Below are positions 40,895 through 50,609 of a stretch of 64,000 nt of DNA, piece after piece (position 1 is the first letter of the stretch; every line of letters begins with the position of its first letter). The stretch lies in contig JANNEO010000002.1 of assembly GCA_031378805.1 (NCBI GenBank), positions 1,170 to 65,169 of the forward strand. Reading direction: 5' to 3'. The notes below the pieces were generated by a model, which did no database searches, was not told the DNA's origin, and worked only from the letters and a program-made list of their open reading frames with translations. The position numbers and the translations under genes are program-made. The stretch comes from Hyphomicrobiales bacterium (lineage in GTDB: Bacteria; Pseudomonadota; Alphaproteobacteria; Rhizobiales; Beijerinckiaceae).

Positions 40895-41017
40895 GTGCGT
40901 CCTTCGAGGCTCGCTTCGCTCGCACCTCAGGATGAGGAGCTTTGAGACTGGCAAACCTCAAGGCTCCTCATCCTGTGGTGCGACGAAGCGCAAGCGAAGG
41001 AGCCTCGAAGGACGCAC
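40895..41017. repeat. palindromic intergenic repeat element (REP/RIME-like), about 120 bp
   Basis: Long imperfect inverted repeat gtgcgtccttcgaggctc...ctcaggatgaggagc // gctcctcatcctg...gagcctcgaaggacgcac. It shares its core with the element at 6244-6325. Confidence 0.6.
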
Positions 41018-41052
41018 AGGCGCGATGCAATGGTTGGCAAAAGGGAGTTAGA

Positions 41053-41934
41053 TTACCGCTGGCAATTCGCACAGAAAAACGTTGAGCGCCCGGACTGCAC
41101 GATGCGCTCTACCACGCCCGAACATGTCGCATCGGGGCATGGCTCGCCTTCCCGGTCATAAACCTTGAACCGATGCTGAAAATAACCGAGCGAGCCATCG
41201 GCATGGGCGAAATCGCGCAGGGTGGACCCTCCCGCCTCGATGGCCTCCTGCAGCACCAGCCGGATCTCCTCGGTCAGCTTCGTCGCGCGTGGCGTTGGCC
41301 CGCCATCCTTGCGCACGATGCTGCCAGCCGCCCGGCGTGGTGACAGCTTTGAACGGAACAGCGCCTCGCAGACATAGATGTTGCCAAGCCCCGCGATCAG
41401 CTTCTGGTCCAGCAACGTGGCTTTCAGCGGAGCAGCCTTTCCCGCAAACAGTTCCGCCAGCTTTTGTGGCGTGAGCGCATTGCCCAGCGGCTCGATACCG
41501 ATATCCTTCGTGAGCGCATGGGACATGATCTGACTGCGCGAGATCAAATCCATGAAGCCAAAGCGCCGCACATCGTTGTAGGTGATGCGTGCGCCGCCCT
41601 CCATCTCGAACACCACGTGGTCATGGGCGGGCAAGCGGTTGACGGCCTGGGTGAACTCGCCCGGCACCTGCGCTTTGCCCTCCATTTCGATAATGAAACG
41701 CCCCGTCATGCCCAGATGCATCACCAGCACCTCGCCATCATCGAGATCGACCATCAGATACTTGGCGCGCCGACCCATTGCCGTGACGGTTCGTCCGGCA
41801 AGCCTGCGGCCAAACTGATCAGGAAACGGAAATCGCAGGTCGGCACGGTTCGTCCTTACGGACAGGATGCGCCGCCCCTCCATCACAGGCTGCAGGCCCC
41901 GCCTGACGGTCTCGACCTCGGGAAGCTCGGGCAA
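41053..41934 (-). CDS. mutM: formamidopyrimidine-DNA glycosylase
   Basis: PELPEVETVRRGL must follow the initiator Met because the catalytic residue is Pro2. The in-frame TTG at 41934 is therefore the start, not the ORF-track start at 42033. C-terminal zinc finger CPDATCSG...CANCQ. Confidence 0.9.
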   Translation of the reverse strand: MPELPEVETVRRGLQPVMEGRRILSVRTNRADLRFPFPDQFGRRLAGRTVTAMGRRAKYLMVDLDDGEVLVMHLGMTGRFIIEMEGKAQVPGEFTQAVNRLPAHDHVVFEMEGGARITYNDVRRFGFMDLISRSQIMSHALTKDIGIEPLGNALTPQKLAELFAGKAAPLKATLLDQKLIAGLGNIYVCEALFRSKLSPRRAAGSIVRKDGGPTPRATKLTEEIRLVLQEAIEAGGSTLRDFAHADGSLGYFQHRFKVYDREGEPCPDATCSGVVERIVQSGRSTFFCANCQR

Positions 41935-42042
41935 ATTCACGCTCCTTGACGAAACATGCGCGACGCGACATTGGCGGCGTGGCGCAATCGTTCGTCGACC
42001 TATAGGATGGCTGTTGACGCGAGAGAAGCGCAACAGAACATC

Positions 42043-42831
42043 ATGAGTTCAGCAGTGACCAGACCGGCCTCCCGAAAAGCGGATGACGACACCACCCATT
42101 TCGGGTTCGAGACCGTTCGCACGGTCGAAAAGCAGGATCGCGTCGATCAGGTCTTCCATTCGGTGGCGCAGAAATACGACATCATGAACGATGTCATGTC
42201 GGTCGGGCTGCACCGCGTCTGGAAGGGTGCGCTGATCGCCCAATTGCGCCCGCCGCAGCATCGCACCTATCGCCATCTTGATGTCGCAGGCGGCACCGGG
42301 GACGTGGCGTTCAAGATTCTGGACGCCGCAGGCGACAAGGCCCATGTGACCGTGCTCGATATCAATGGGTCCATGCTGGGCGTCGGTGCCGAAAGGGCCG
42401 AAAAGCGGAAAGCGCCGGGCAAGATCGACTTCATGGAGGCCAGCGCCGAAGCCCTGCCCTATCCGGACAAGACCTTCGACGGCTATACCATCGCTTTCGG
42501 CATCCGCAACGTGCCGCGCATTCCTTTGGCGCTCTCGGAGGCTTTCCGCACGCTGAAGACCGGCGGGCGTTTTCTCTGCCTCGAGTTCGCGCCAGTCGAG
42601 ACGCCGGTGCTGGACAGGATTTACGACGCTTATTCTTTCAACCTGATCCCCGCCTTTGGCAAAATGATCACAGGCGACTCCGAGAGCTACCGCTATCTGG
42701 TTGAATCGATTCGGCAGTTCCCGAAACCGGATGCTTTCGCAGCCATGATCGCCAGGGCTGGGTTCCGTCGCGTTACCCATAGGGCGCTCTCCGGCGGCAT
42801 TGTGAACATCCATTCTGGCTGGAAGCTTTGA
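42043..42831 (+). CDS. ubiE: ubiquinone/menaquinone biosynthesis C-methyltransferase
   Basis: Motifs [33 protein letters not shown] and [12 protein letters not shown]. Start at MSSAVTR. Confidence 0.9.
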   Translation: MSSAVTRPASRKADDDTTHFGFETVRTVEKQDRVDQVFHSVAQKYDIMNDVMSVGLHRVWKGALIAQLRPPQHRTYRHLDVAGGTGDVAFKILDAAGDKAHVTVLDINGSMLGVGAERAEKRKAPGKIDFMEASAEALPYPDKTFDGYTIAFGIRNVPRIPLALSEAFRTLKTGGRFLCLEFAPVETPVLDRIYDAYSFNLIPAFGKMITGDSESYRYLVESIRQFPKPDAFAAMIARAGFRRVTHRALSGGIVNIHSGWKL

Positions 42832-42838
42832 GCGCCTG

Positions 42839-44425
42839 ATGTTCAGCACCATTGGACATGCCGCGAGACTGGCCCGGCTTGGCTTCGTGCTGGCGCGAGA
42901 GGGCGCACTCGCCATTGTCGATCCCACCATCCTTCCGGCCCCGGCCCGGCTGGCACTGAAGGCCGCACGGCTGATCGAGCGCAAGCCCGCAGCACTGACA
43001 CCAGGGGCTGAACCGCCACCCCGTCTCGCAGCGGCCTTGACACGGCTGGGACCAAGCTACGTGAAGTTCGGCCAGTTCCTGGCGACGCGCCCGGATGTGG
43101 TGGGCATGGCCATGTCCCGCGATCTGGAAACGCTGCAGGACAAGATGGCACCGTTCCCGACCGACGAGGCCAAGGCGATCATCGCCGATGCCTTTGACAA
43201 GCCGGTGGATGTGCTCTTCAGCCGCTTCGATCCTCCCATTGCGGCAGCCTCGGTGGCACAGGTCCACAAGGCCGTGATCGTGGATGGTGATGGCAGCCGC
43301 GAGGTTGCGGTCAAGGTGCTGCGCCCTGGCGTACGCGAACGCTTCCAGCGCGACCTCGCCACGATGCGGGCCACCGCCGCGTTCGTCGAGGCGGTCGATC
43401 CCAAGAGCCGCAGACTGAGGATCGGCGGCGTGGTCGAAACCATGGCCCGAAGCGTCGCCATGGAGATGGATCTGCGGCTGGAAGCAGCGGCCCTCTCCGA
43501 GATGGCGGACAACACGAAGAACGATATCGGTTTTCGACTGCCCAAGCCGGATTGGGAACTGACGTCGCGCAATGTGCTCACCATGGAATGGATCGACGGC
43601 ATCCGCCTCTCCGACCGCCCTGCGCTGGCCTCTGCGGGGTTCGATCTGCCCGCGCTTGGCCGCTCCGTCATCGAGAACTTCCTGCGCCATGCGATCCGCG
43701 ATGGCTTCTTCCATGCCGACATGCACCAGGGCAATCTCTTTGCCGATAGCGATGGCTGCCTCGTTGCTGTCGATTTCGGCATCATGGGCCGCATCGGCAT
43801 GAAGGAGCGGCGGTTCCTGGCCGAAATCCTCTTCGGCTTCATTACCCGCAATTATCTGCGGGTGGCGGAGGTGCATTTCGAGGCGGGCTATGTGCCCGCG
43901 CATCATTCCGTCGATGATTTCGCCCAGGCCATTCGCGCCGTGGGTGAGCCGATCCATCAGCGCAGTGCCGACCAGATTTCCATGGCGAAACTGCTGACCC
44001 TGCTGTTCGAAATTACAGAACTGTTCGACATGCAGACGCGCACCGAATTGGTCATGCTGCAGAAGACGATGGTGGTGATCGAAGGTGTCGCCCGCTCCGT
44101 CGATCCCGCGCTCAACATGTGGACCACGGCGGAACCCGTGCTGCGCGAATGGATCGAGCGCAATCTCGGCCCCATCGGCAAACTGCAGGATGCTGGCCAC
44201 GGACTTGGCGGAATTGCGCGTGCCGCCTTCAAGATGCCGGACCTTGTCATGCGCGCAGAGCGCCTGGTGGGCGAACTGGAAAACGCTGCTTCAACAGGAT
44301 TCCAGCTCTCGCCAGCCAGCATTGAGGCGATCGGCAAGGCCGAAGCCCGCCGCGCCCGCTGGGGCAATGCCGCGCTCTGGGTCATCGCGGGGCTGCTGGC
44401 GGCCGGGTTGTGGAAGCTGTTGTGA
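42839..44425 (+). CDS. ubiB: ubiquinone biosynthesis regulatory kinase-like protein UbiB (ABC1 family)
   Basis: Motifs AAASVAQVHKA and FFHADMHQGNLF, plus a C-terminal TM helix. 528 aa. Confidence 0.9.
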   Translation: MFSTIGHAARLARLGFVLAREGALAIVDPTILPAPARLALKAARLIERKPAALTPGAEPPPRLAAALTRLGPSYVKFGQFLATRPDVVGMAMSRDLETLQDKMAPFPTDEAKAIIADAFDKPVDVLFSRFDPPIAAASVAQVHKAVIVDGDGSREVAVKVLRPGVRERFQRDLATMRATAAFVEAVDPKSRRLRIGGVVETMARSVAMEMDLRLEAAALSEMADNTKNDIGFRLPKPDWELTSRNVLTMEWIDGIRLSDRPALASAGFDLPALGRSVIENFLRHAIRDGFFHADMHQGNLFADSDGCLVAVDFGIMGRIGMKERRFLAEILFGFITRNYLRVAEVHFEAGYVPAHHSVDDFAQAIRAVGEPIHQRSADQISMAKLLTLLFEITELFDMQTRTELVMLQKTMVVIEGVARSVDPALNMWTTAEPVLREWIERNLGPIGKLQDAGHGLGGIARAAFKMPDLVMRAERLVGELENAASTGFQLSPASIEAIGKAEARRARWGNAALWVIAGLLAAGLWKLL

Positions 44426-44459
44426 TTGCGTTGATTGCAACGCAATCATTGCAATCACA
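44421..44459. promoter_or_regulatory. four-half-site palindrome (2x TGATTGC, 2x GCAATCA): candidate antitoxin operator; could also act as a ubiB terminator hairpin
   Basis: TGATTGC occurs at 44423 and 44432, and GCAATCA at 44442 and 44451, with 9-nt phasing. The palindrome overlaps the ubiB stop and lies about 50 nt upstream of the RHH antitoxin start. Confidence 0.5.
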
Positions 44460-44506
44460 TGCCCGACAGGATATTTTCAAAGAGGTGTATTGCAAGGAAC
44501 GAGCTT

Positions 44507-44797
44507 ATGGCCAGCATCACAATTCGCGGCATTGATGAACGCATCAAGCAGAGACTCAGACAGCAGGCTGCACGTCATGGGCAGTCCATGGAGGAGGAGG
44601 CGCGAGTCATCCTCTCTGCGGCACTCACAGAAGGGTATGGGGCCATTGATCAACCAATAAGAACAATGGCAGACGTCCTGTCTGAGGTACGCAAGCTGCT
44701 GGATGAGGTCGGCGGTTTCGATATTGAGGTTGAGGCAACCGCCGCAGGTGATCACCCGGCATCCAGAGTGGCGCAGCGTGGACCGAAGGCAGCATGA
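44507..44797 (+). CDS. ribbon-helix-helix antitoxin (FitA/VapB-like)
   Basis: MASITIRGIDERIKQRLRQQAARHGQSMEEEARVIL is a typical Arc/RHH antitoxin N-terminus. Immediately upstream of a PIN gene. Confidence 0.8.
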   Translation: MASITIRGIDERIKQRLRQQAARHGQSMEEEARVILSAALTEGYGAIDQPIRTMADVLSEVRKLLDEVGGFDIEVEATAAGDHPASRVAQRGPKAA

Positions 44798-44831
44798 TTG
44801 TCTTTGGCATCGATGACGCTCTGGTGCACCG

Positions 44832-45263
44832 ATGATTATCTTGGACACCAATGTCATTTCGGAGATTGTAAAGGTGACCGGTCAGGCAGAAACACGCGTC
44901 CTCACCTGGGTCGGGTCGCAACCTTTCGGTTCGCTTGCAACCACAGCAGTAACCTATGGTGAAAGCCTTGCGGGGTTCAAGATGCTGGCTCCCACCATTC
45001 AGACCACACGCAAGCAACAGATCTTCGAACGCCTGATGCTTTCTCTGTTTGATGGGCGAATCCTGCCGTTCGATTCTGACGCAGCCCGCGCTTACGCTGA
45101 CATCATGCGCAAACGCAGACTGACAGGCACTCCGATAGCCCATGCCGATGCCCAGATCGCTGCTATCGCACGTCTTCGGGGCTTGCCAGTCGCCACACGC
45201 GACCGCGATTTCGCAACCTGCGGCATCGACGTGATCAACCCCTGGGATTACACAGGCCGATGA
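44832..45263 (+). CDS. vapC: PIN-domain toxin (VapC/FitB-like ribonuclease)
   Basis: MIILDTNVISE (first acidic residue), then ...FDSDAA... and ATRD near the C-terminus. 143 aa. Confidence 0.85.
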   Translation: MIILDTNVISEIVKVTGQAETRVLTWVGSQPFGSLATTAVTYGESLAGFKMLAPTIQTTRKQQIFERLMLSLFDGRILPFDSDAARAYADIMRKRRLTGTPIAHADAQIAAIARLRGLPVATRDRDFATCGIDVINPWDYTGR

Positions 45264-46522
45264 ACCAGAAGCGCATTCTCCTCATCGTCGGCGGTGGCAT
45301 CGCGGCCTACAAGGCGCTCGACCTGTGCAGGCTCGCCCGTCGCAAGGGCCTGCACGTCCGCGCCATCATGACCAAGGCCGCGGGCCAGTTCGTGACACCC
45401 CTGTCGCTTGGCTCGGTGACCGGCGACAAAGTCTATGGCGAGCTGTTCTCGCTAACGGATGAGGCCGAAATGGGCCATATCGAGCTTTCCCGCGATGCCG
45501 ATCTGGTGGTGGTCGCGCCCGCGACCGCGAACCTCTTGGCAAAGATGGCACATGGCCTCGCCGACGACCTGGCCACGACGGCCTTGCTGGCGACAGACAA
45601 GAAAGTGTTGGTGGCCCCAGCCATGAACCTCCGGATGTGGGCGCATCCCGCAACACGCCGCAACGTGGCGCGTCTCACCGAGGATGGCGTGACCTTCATA
45701 GGCCCCGCGGCTGGCTCGATGGCCTGCGGAGAATTTGGCGTTGGGCGCCTGGCGGAACCGGCCGATATCCTTGCCGCCATCGAGACGATGCTGGCGAGCG
45801 AGACCACGCTGCCCCTGCCCGAGGGAGCCTGGACGGAGAGTGCTGAATCAGGTGTACGGCCTCTCAGCGGGAAACACGTGGTCATCACTTCCGGCCCCAC
45901 CCATGAGCCGATCGATCCCGTGCGCTACATCGCCAACCGCTCCTCCGGCAAGCAGGGCCATGCCATCGCTGCGGCGGCGGCCTCGGCTGGTGCCCGGGTA
46001 ACGCTGATCTCCGGTCCTGTTGCCCTTCCCGATCCCTTCGGTGTCAGCACCATTCATGTCGAGACCGCGCGCGCCATGCAGGAGGCCGTCGAGGCCGCTC
46101 TGCCGTGCGACATCTTCATCGGAGTCGCTGCGGTGGCTGACTGGCATGTCAGTGCAGCAGCCAACGAGAAACTGAAGAAGGGCAACGCCGGGCCGCCTGC
46201 TCTCGTTCTGGCCGAAAATCCCGATATTCTGGCCGGCGTCGCCCATAGGAGCAGCCAGCGCCCACGGCTTGTTGTCGGCTTCGCCGCGGAAACCACCAAT
46301 GTCGCGGCTTATGCCCAGGCCAAGCTGGCGAAAAAGGGGTGCGATCTCATCGTCGCCAACGATGTCGGCACATCGGGGGAAACGCTGGGGGGTGTCATGG
46401 GGCAGAACAACAACACCGTGCATCTTATTGACGCCAACGGCATCGAAAGCTGGCCGACAATGAGCAAACAAGCCATCTCCGAGCGGCTCGTAGCTCGGCT
46501 TGCCGACATGCTGGGCACATGA
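45260..46522 (+). CDS. coaBC: bifunctional phosphopantothenoylcysteine decarboxylase / phosphopantothenate-cysteine ligase
   Basis: Motifs [27 protein letters not shown] and [29 protein letters not shown] overlap with the vapC stop. Confidence 0.93.
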   Translation: MNQKRILLIVGGGIAAYKALDLCRLARRKGLHVRAIMTKAAGQFVTPLSLGSVTGDKVYGELFSLTDEAEMGHIELSRDADLVVVAPATANLLAKMAHGLADDLATTALLATDKKVLVAPAMNLRMWAHPATRRNVARLTEDGVTFIGPAAGSMACGEFGVGRLAEPADILAAIETMLASETTLPLPEGAWTESAESGVRPLSGKHVVITSGPTHEPIDPVRYIANRSSGKQGHAIAAAAASAGARVTLISGPVALPDPFGVSTIHVETARAMQEAVEAALPCDIFIGVAAVADWHVSAAANEKLKKGNAGPPALVLAENPDILAGVAHRSSQRPRLVVGFAAETTNVAAYAQAKLAKKGCDLIVANDVGTSGETLGGVMGQNNNTVHLIDANGIESWPTMSKQAISERLVARLADMLGT

Positions 46523-46980
46523 TACCGGTTCTTGCAATTCCGGTCCTGCGGCTGCCTCACGGAGCAGATCTCCCCCTTCCCGCAACCCAAACCAGCGGCG
46601 CGGCAGGGCTTGACCTGATGGCTGCCATTGACGCCGATGAACAAATCACTCTAAAAAATTGTGAAAGAGCCCTTGTCCCAACAGGCATAGCGCTCCAGTT
46701 GCCCCAGGGTTACGAAGCCCAGGTGAGGCCGCGTTCCGGACTGGCGATGAAGCACGGCGTCACCGTGCTGAATGCGCCAGGTACGGTGGATGCGGATTAC
46801 CGGGGAGAAATCAAGGTTCTGCTGGTGAATCACGGACATGAGCCGTTTACCGTCACCCGTGGCCTGCGCATCGCCCAATTGGTGATTGCGCCTGTCCTCC
46901 GGGTGGAACTGCAGGTTGTGTCTGTGCTTGAGACAAGCGACAGGGGCGGCGGCGGGTTCGGGTCCACAGGGCAGAACTGA
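46519..46980 (+). CDS. dut: dUTP diphosphatase
   Basis: Motifs [23 protein letters not shown] and [10 protein letters not shown]. Confidence 0.93.
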   Translation: MIPVLAIPVLRLPHGADLPLPATQTSGAAGLDLMAAIDADEQITLKNCERALVPTGIALQLPQGYEAQVRPRSGLAMKHGVTVLNAPGTVDADYRGEIKVLLVNHGHEPFTVTRGLRIAQLVIAPVLRVELQVVSVLETSDRGGGGFGSTGQN

Positions 46981-46992
46981 GGGAGAGAAACG

Positions 46993-47448
46993 ATGATCCT
47001 TCTGTCGCGTCGCAGTATGCTTGGCATTGCCGCCGTGGTCGATATCGCCCTGCACGCCCGACCGGGCCCCGTGGCGGCAAAAATGCTTGCGTCTCGCCAT
47101 CAATTGCCACCCCGGCATCTCGAGACCTTGCTGCAGGCGCTGGTGCGCTCAGGCATCCTCAAAGGCGTGCGAGGCCCGCGCGGTGGCTACGAACTCGCAA
47201 AGGAGCGCCGCAAGATCACTGCGGGGGACGTGGTTCGCGCAGCCATGATCTCGCAAGCCGAGGAAGAAGGCATGATCGAGCCGGAATCTCAACTGGTCGA
47301 CCAGGTTGTCGGTCCGGCGGTCAAGGCGGCAGGAGCCACCTTCCTGGCCAGTCTGGACACCTTCACCATCGACGATCTCTGCCATAGCGCCGAAAAGCTG
47401 AAGGTCTTTGCGGGAGAAATGAGCCAGACCGTGGATTTCGCAATTTAA
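46993..47448 (+). CDS. Rrf2 family transcriptional regulator
   Basis: N-terminal winged-helix segment MILLSRRSMLGIAAVVDIAL...LKGVRGPRGGYELA. No Cys cluster is evident. Upstream of cysK. Confidence 0.8.
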   Translation: MILLSRRSMLGIAAVVDIALHARPGPVAAKMLASRHQLPPRHLETLLQALVRSGILKGVRGPRGGYELAKERRKITAGDVVRAAMISQAEEEGMIEPESQLVDQVVGPAVKAAGATFLASLDTFTIDDLCHSAEKLKVFAGEMSQTVDFAI

Positions 47449-47538
47449 GGTGTCATTTGAGGCGGGCATCGACACTGCAGTTGTGAATTGATAGCCTGTC
47501 GGCCTGCTCCTTGGGAAGCCCACTGAAAGAACAGTGTC

Positions 47539-48516
47539 ATGCCGACAAACGCCACCATAGCATCCAGCCGCCAGCCAGGCCGTGGCCGTGTCTATGGCTC
47601 GATTACCGAAACCATCGGCGACACACCACTGGTGCGCATCAACCGGCTGGCCCTGGAGCGGAAGTCGAAAGCCACCATCCTCGCCAAGCTGGAATTCTTC
47701 AACCCCCTTGCCAGCGTGAAGGATCGGATCGGCGTCGCCATGATCGACGCACTGGAAGCATCGGGAAAACTGAAGCCCGGCGGCGTACTGATCGAACCGA
47801 CCTCCGGCAACACCGGCATCGCGCTGGCCTTCGCCGCGGCGGCAAGAGGATATCGGCTCATCCTCACCATGCCTGAAACCATGTCGGTGGAGCGGCGCAA
47901 GATGCTCGCCTTCCTGGGCGCGGAACTGGTGTTGACGCCAGCCGCTCAGGGTATGCGCGGTGCCATCGGCAAGGCGGAGGAACTGCAGCGCGAAAACAAG
48001 GGTTCGATCATCCCGCAGCAATTCCAGAACCCGGCCAATCCAGCCATCCACCGTGTCACGACCGCCGAGGAAATCTGGAACGATACAAACGGCAAGGTCG
48101 ATGTGCTGGTCTCGGGCATCGGCACGGGCGGCACCATCACGGGCGTTGGTTCGGTGCTCAAGCAGTACAATCCCGGCCTTCGCATCGTCGCGGTTGAACC
48201 GGAGGATTCGCCCGTGCTGTCCGGAGGGCAGCCAGGGCCACACAAGATCCAAGGGATCGGCGCAGGCTTCGTTCCCGATATTCTCGAGCGAAGCCTGATC
48301 GACGAGATCATCACGGTCGGCAACCAGACCGCGTTTGATACCTCCCGTCTGCTGGCAAAGAAGGAAGGCATACCCGGCGGAATATCATCTGGCGCAGCGA
48401 TGGCCGCAGCGCTCGAAATTGCGGCGCGGGACGGCATGGATGGCAAGACAGTGGTGGTGATCATTCCCAGTTTTGCCGAGCGCTACATCTCAAGTGCGCT
48501 GTTCGACGGACTGTAG
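47539..48516 (+). CDS. cysK: cysteine synthase A (O-acetylserine sulfhydrylase)
   Basis: Motifs [11 protein letters not shown] (PLP lysine), [11 protein letters not shown] and [10 protein letters not shown]. Confidence 0.93.
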   Translation: MPTNATIASSRQPGRGRVYGSITETIGDTPLVRINRLALERKSKATILAKLEFFNPLASVKDRIGVAMIDALEASGKLKPGGVLIEPTSGNTGIALAFAAAARGYRLILTMPETMSVERRKMLAFLGAELVLTPAAQGMRGAIGKAEELQRENKGSIIPQQFQNPANPAIHRVTTAEEIWNDTNGKVDVLVSGIGTGGTITGVGSVLKQYNPGLRIVAVEPEDSPVLSGGQPGPHKIQGIGAGFVPDILERSLIDEIITVGNQTAFDTSRLLAKKEGIPGGISSGAAMAAALEIAARDGMDGKTVVVIIPSFAERYISSALFDGL

Positions 48517-48643
48517 CGAAAAGACATCACACCGCGACCAGGCCGATGCTCCGGCCATTCAGAAACGCAACAGCGTTGACAGCGCGTAGACCTGAACAAG
48601 CCGATTGCCCTCCACAAATGGATCGGCTATCCAAAACCCTGCT

Positions 48644-48720
48644 GCACCCGTAGCTCAGCTGGATAGAGTGCTGCCCTCCGAAGGCAGAGGTCACAGGTTC
48701 GAATCCTGTCGGGTGCGCCA
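48644..48720 (+). tRNA. tRNA-Arg (anticodon CCG)
   Basis: Hand-folded cloverleaf. The acceptor gcacccg/cgggtgc, D arm gctc/gagt, anticodon stem ctgcc/ggcag with loop ctCCGaa, and T arm acagg-ttcgaat-cctgt are all present. Discriminator g, with an encoded CCA. Confidence 0.9.
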
Positions 48721-48926
48721 ATCATTTCAACTACTTAGATGATGTGCGAGAGTTGCTCAAATCTCTGGGGCAGCACCGGGGCATCACCGCGTCGGGTATC
48801 GTGAAGCCATTCGAACTATCGTGCGGCCTACCCCGGAGGTAAATTTCGGGGCGTCGGTCGCGGGCCATTGCGGTTGAATTTCGTAAGGAGGTTTCGGTTT
48901 TTTGTTCCTGGCCTGCCCTTTGGCTG

Positions 48927-49853
48927 TCACCGTGATATTCCGGGCATGAAGCCGGCCAAGGCGAGCTTATGGCTTAATTCTTGAGCAGCATCATCAGTGT
49001 CAGTGATCGTCATTTCAAGTTCGGGCAGCTCACTGTGGTGCAAGAGATGCACGCCAGTCGATTGCGCCAACTGCTGGGCTGAAGCTGTGAAGCTCGAATT
49101 CGTGACAACGACCGCTGCCGATGCCTTGTAATGGAACTTGGCAGAATGGGCTTCCTGAACCGCCTTGTTGCCAACGGGCGAATTGTAGAGCTTGGCTTGA
49201 AGGACAACCCGATGTCCCTTTTTTTCCGCAATCACATCAGCGCCCTGATCACCTGTGGCAGCAGTGGTGGTTGCTTGCCACCCATGAGACTGGAGAACGC
49301 GAGCGCAATGAGCTTCGAATTCACGTGCATTCATCGTCGGATCAAAGCCGTTTCCGACATTGCGGCGTTTTGCTTCGTCAGCTACAGGCCAAATCAACAG
49401 AACATTCAGTGCACGGTTAAATGTCACTTGATCAGCCTGCACCCTCGCACGTTCGGATTTGGACATGCCGGGCAGTAAGACGCTGTCAACGAAACGCGCA
49501 ACCTCTTTATGCCATTTATCGGTTATCTCATTTCCGTAAGCATCAATACGGACAAGCATTTGACGTTGACGGACCAAAGCATTCATTTGCTTCTTTATCG
49601 ATGAATGCATATTCATATATATGTTTCGTTCTTCGATTTGTGCGAACCATAATTTCAAACCAAGGACCGCCCCAACAATCACCATAAATAAATGCAACCA
49701 TAGTGAATTTGCCCCTAATAGATAGCCGACAAAACATATTGTTAATGTCGCAAATACTGAAATGTAAATTGGCGAATTTGAATTTTTACTATTCAATATC
49801 ATATTGATATGAGCCGTATCGATAGCAACCGAAAGATCGTCACTCACACTCAT
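48927..49853 (-). CDS. membrane-anchored Mrr-type restriction endonuclease-domain protein (PD-(D/E)xK)
   Basis: Start at MSVSDDL (ATG at 49853). Two N-terminal TM helices are encoded in a very AT-rich stretch. The C-terminal Mrr_cat-like region is FEAHCARVLQSHGW...GDQGADVIAEKKGHRVVLQAKLY...VGNKAVQE... Confidence 0.75.
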   Translation of the reverse strand: MSVSDDLSVAIDTAHINMILNSKNSNSPIYISVFATLTICFVGYLLGANSLWLHLFMVIVGAVLGLKLWFAQIEERNIYMNMHSSIKKQMNALVRQRQMLVRIDAYGNEITDKWHKEVARFVDSVLLPGMSKSERARVQADQVTFNRALNVLLIWPVADEAKRRNVGNGFDPTMNAREFEAHCARVLQSHGWQATTTAATGDQGADVIAEKKGHRVVLQAKLYNSPVGNKAVQEAHSAKFHYKASAAVVVTNSSFTASAQQLAQSTGVHLLHHSELPELEMTITDTDDAAQELSHKLALAGFMPGISR

Positions 49854-50238
49854 ATTCTTTTTCCTCAACGCGCACACATTTGAATTTGCGCCGACTTGGC
49901 TCCTGCAAAATTTTCCAGACCTTGTAGCCTGCTTCCCATCGCGGATAAGCATTCCGGGCAATGTGCCGACCGGCGCGCATCAGACGTTCGCCATGCAATC
50001 CCTTGTCACGAAGGAACGCCTGAAGCTCCGGACCTGGTTCTGCGCACGGGTCTTGGATGACATCGACCAGCTGACCCTTATGCATATACTGCGCGGTCTT
50101 CGTGAAGCCCGGATCGCAACCAGGGCGGAAATAGGTCGATTGATAAACAGGGCGTTCAGGAGTGGGCGCAACGCACCCACCCAAAATCAGACCGAAGCCC
50201 GCAAGTGCCACAACGGCCATCTGTTTCGGGTATAACAT
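49840..50238 (-). CDS. putative lipoprotein, hypothetical
   Basis: MLYPKQMAVVALAGFGLILGGC has a lipobox (LGGC). 132 aa with 6 further Cys. Its 3' end overlaps the nuclease gene start by 14 nt, implying an operon. Confidence 0.5.
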   Translation of the reverse strand: MLYPKQMAVVALAGFGLILGGCVAPTPERPVYQSTYFRPGCDPGFTKTAQYMHKGQLVDVIQDPCAEPGPELQAFLRDKGLHGERLMRAGRHIARNAYPRWEAGYKVWKILQEPSRRKFKCVRVEEKEYECE

Positions 50239-50609
50239 GGTCGAACGTTAGCATCCGAAAATGAACGAAATCCTTTTTGAGATAATCCCAAGAATGCATC
50301 ATCTCCGCCGCTGGTTAACGGAATCCGGGCTGGCGGATGCGGCGTCCAATTCACGGCGAGCCTGACGACGCATTCGTCGATCTGATGATCGTAGCGCGGA
50401 ATTCTGACAGGCTGCCATGCGGGCTCCTGTTCGCGGCGCATCCTATGCCCCTCTCGGGCAGAAACTCCACTTATCCCCGGTGTTCAGATTCCTCGGGCCA
50501 CCTCTCCCGGCATGGGTACATCCCGAACCTGATCCTGCGAACCTCAAGCTGCTAAGCGGGATCCCCGATGACCAGAAACTTCATTCATCGGTGGAACCGA
50601 TGGTGAAGC

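Noticed and set aside
48721-50609. Integrase gene or a direct repeat of the tRNA-Arg 3' end that would delimit a classical genomic island.
   Set aside because: No integrase-like or recombinase-like ORF is present. By eye I found no copy of 12 nt or more of the tRNA 3' end (ttcgaatcctgtcgggtgcgcca) downstream. The island boundaries therefore remain undefined.
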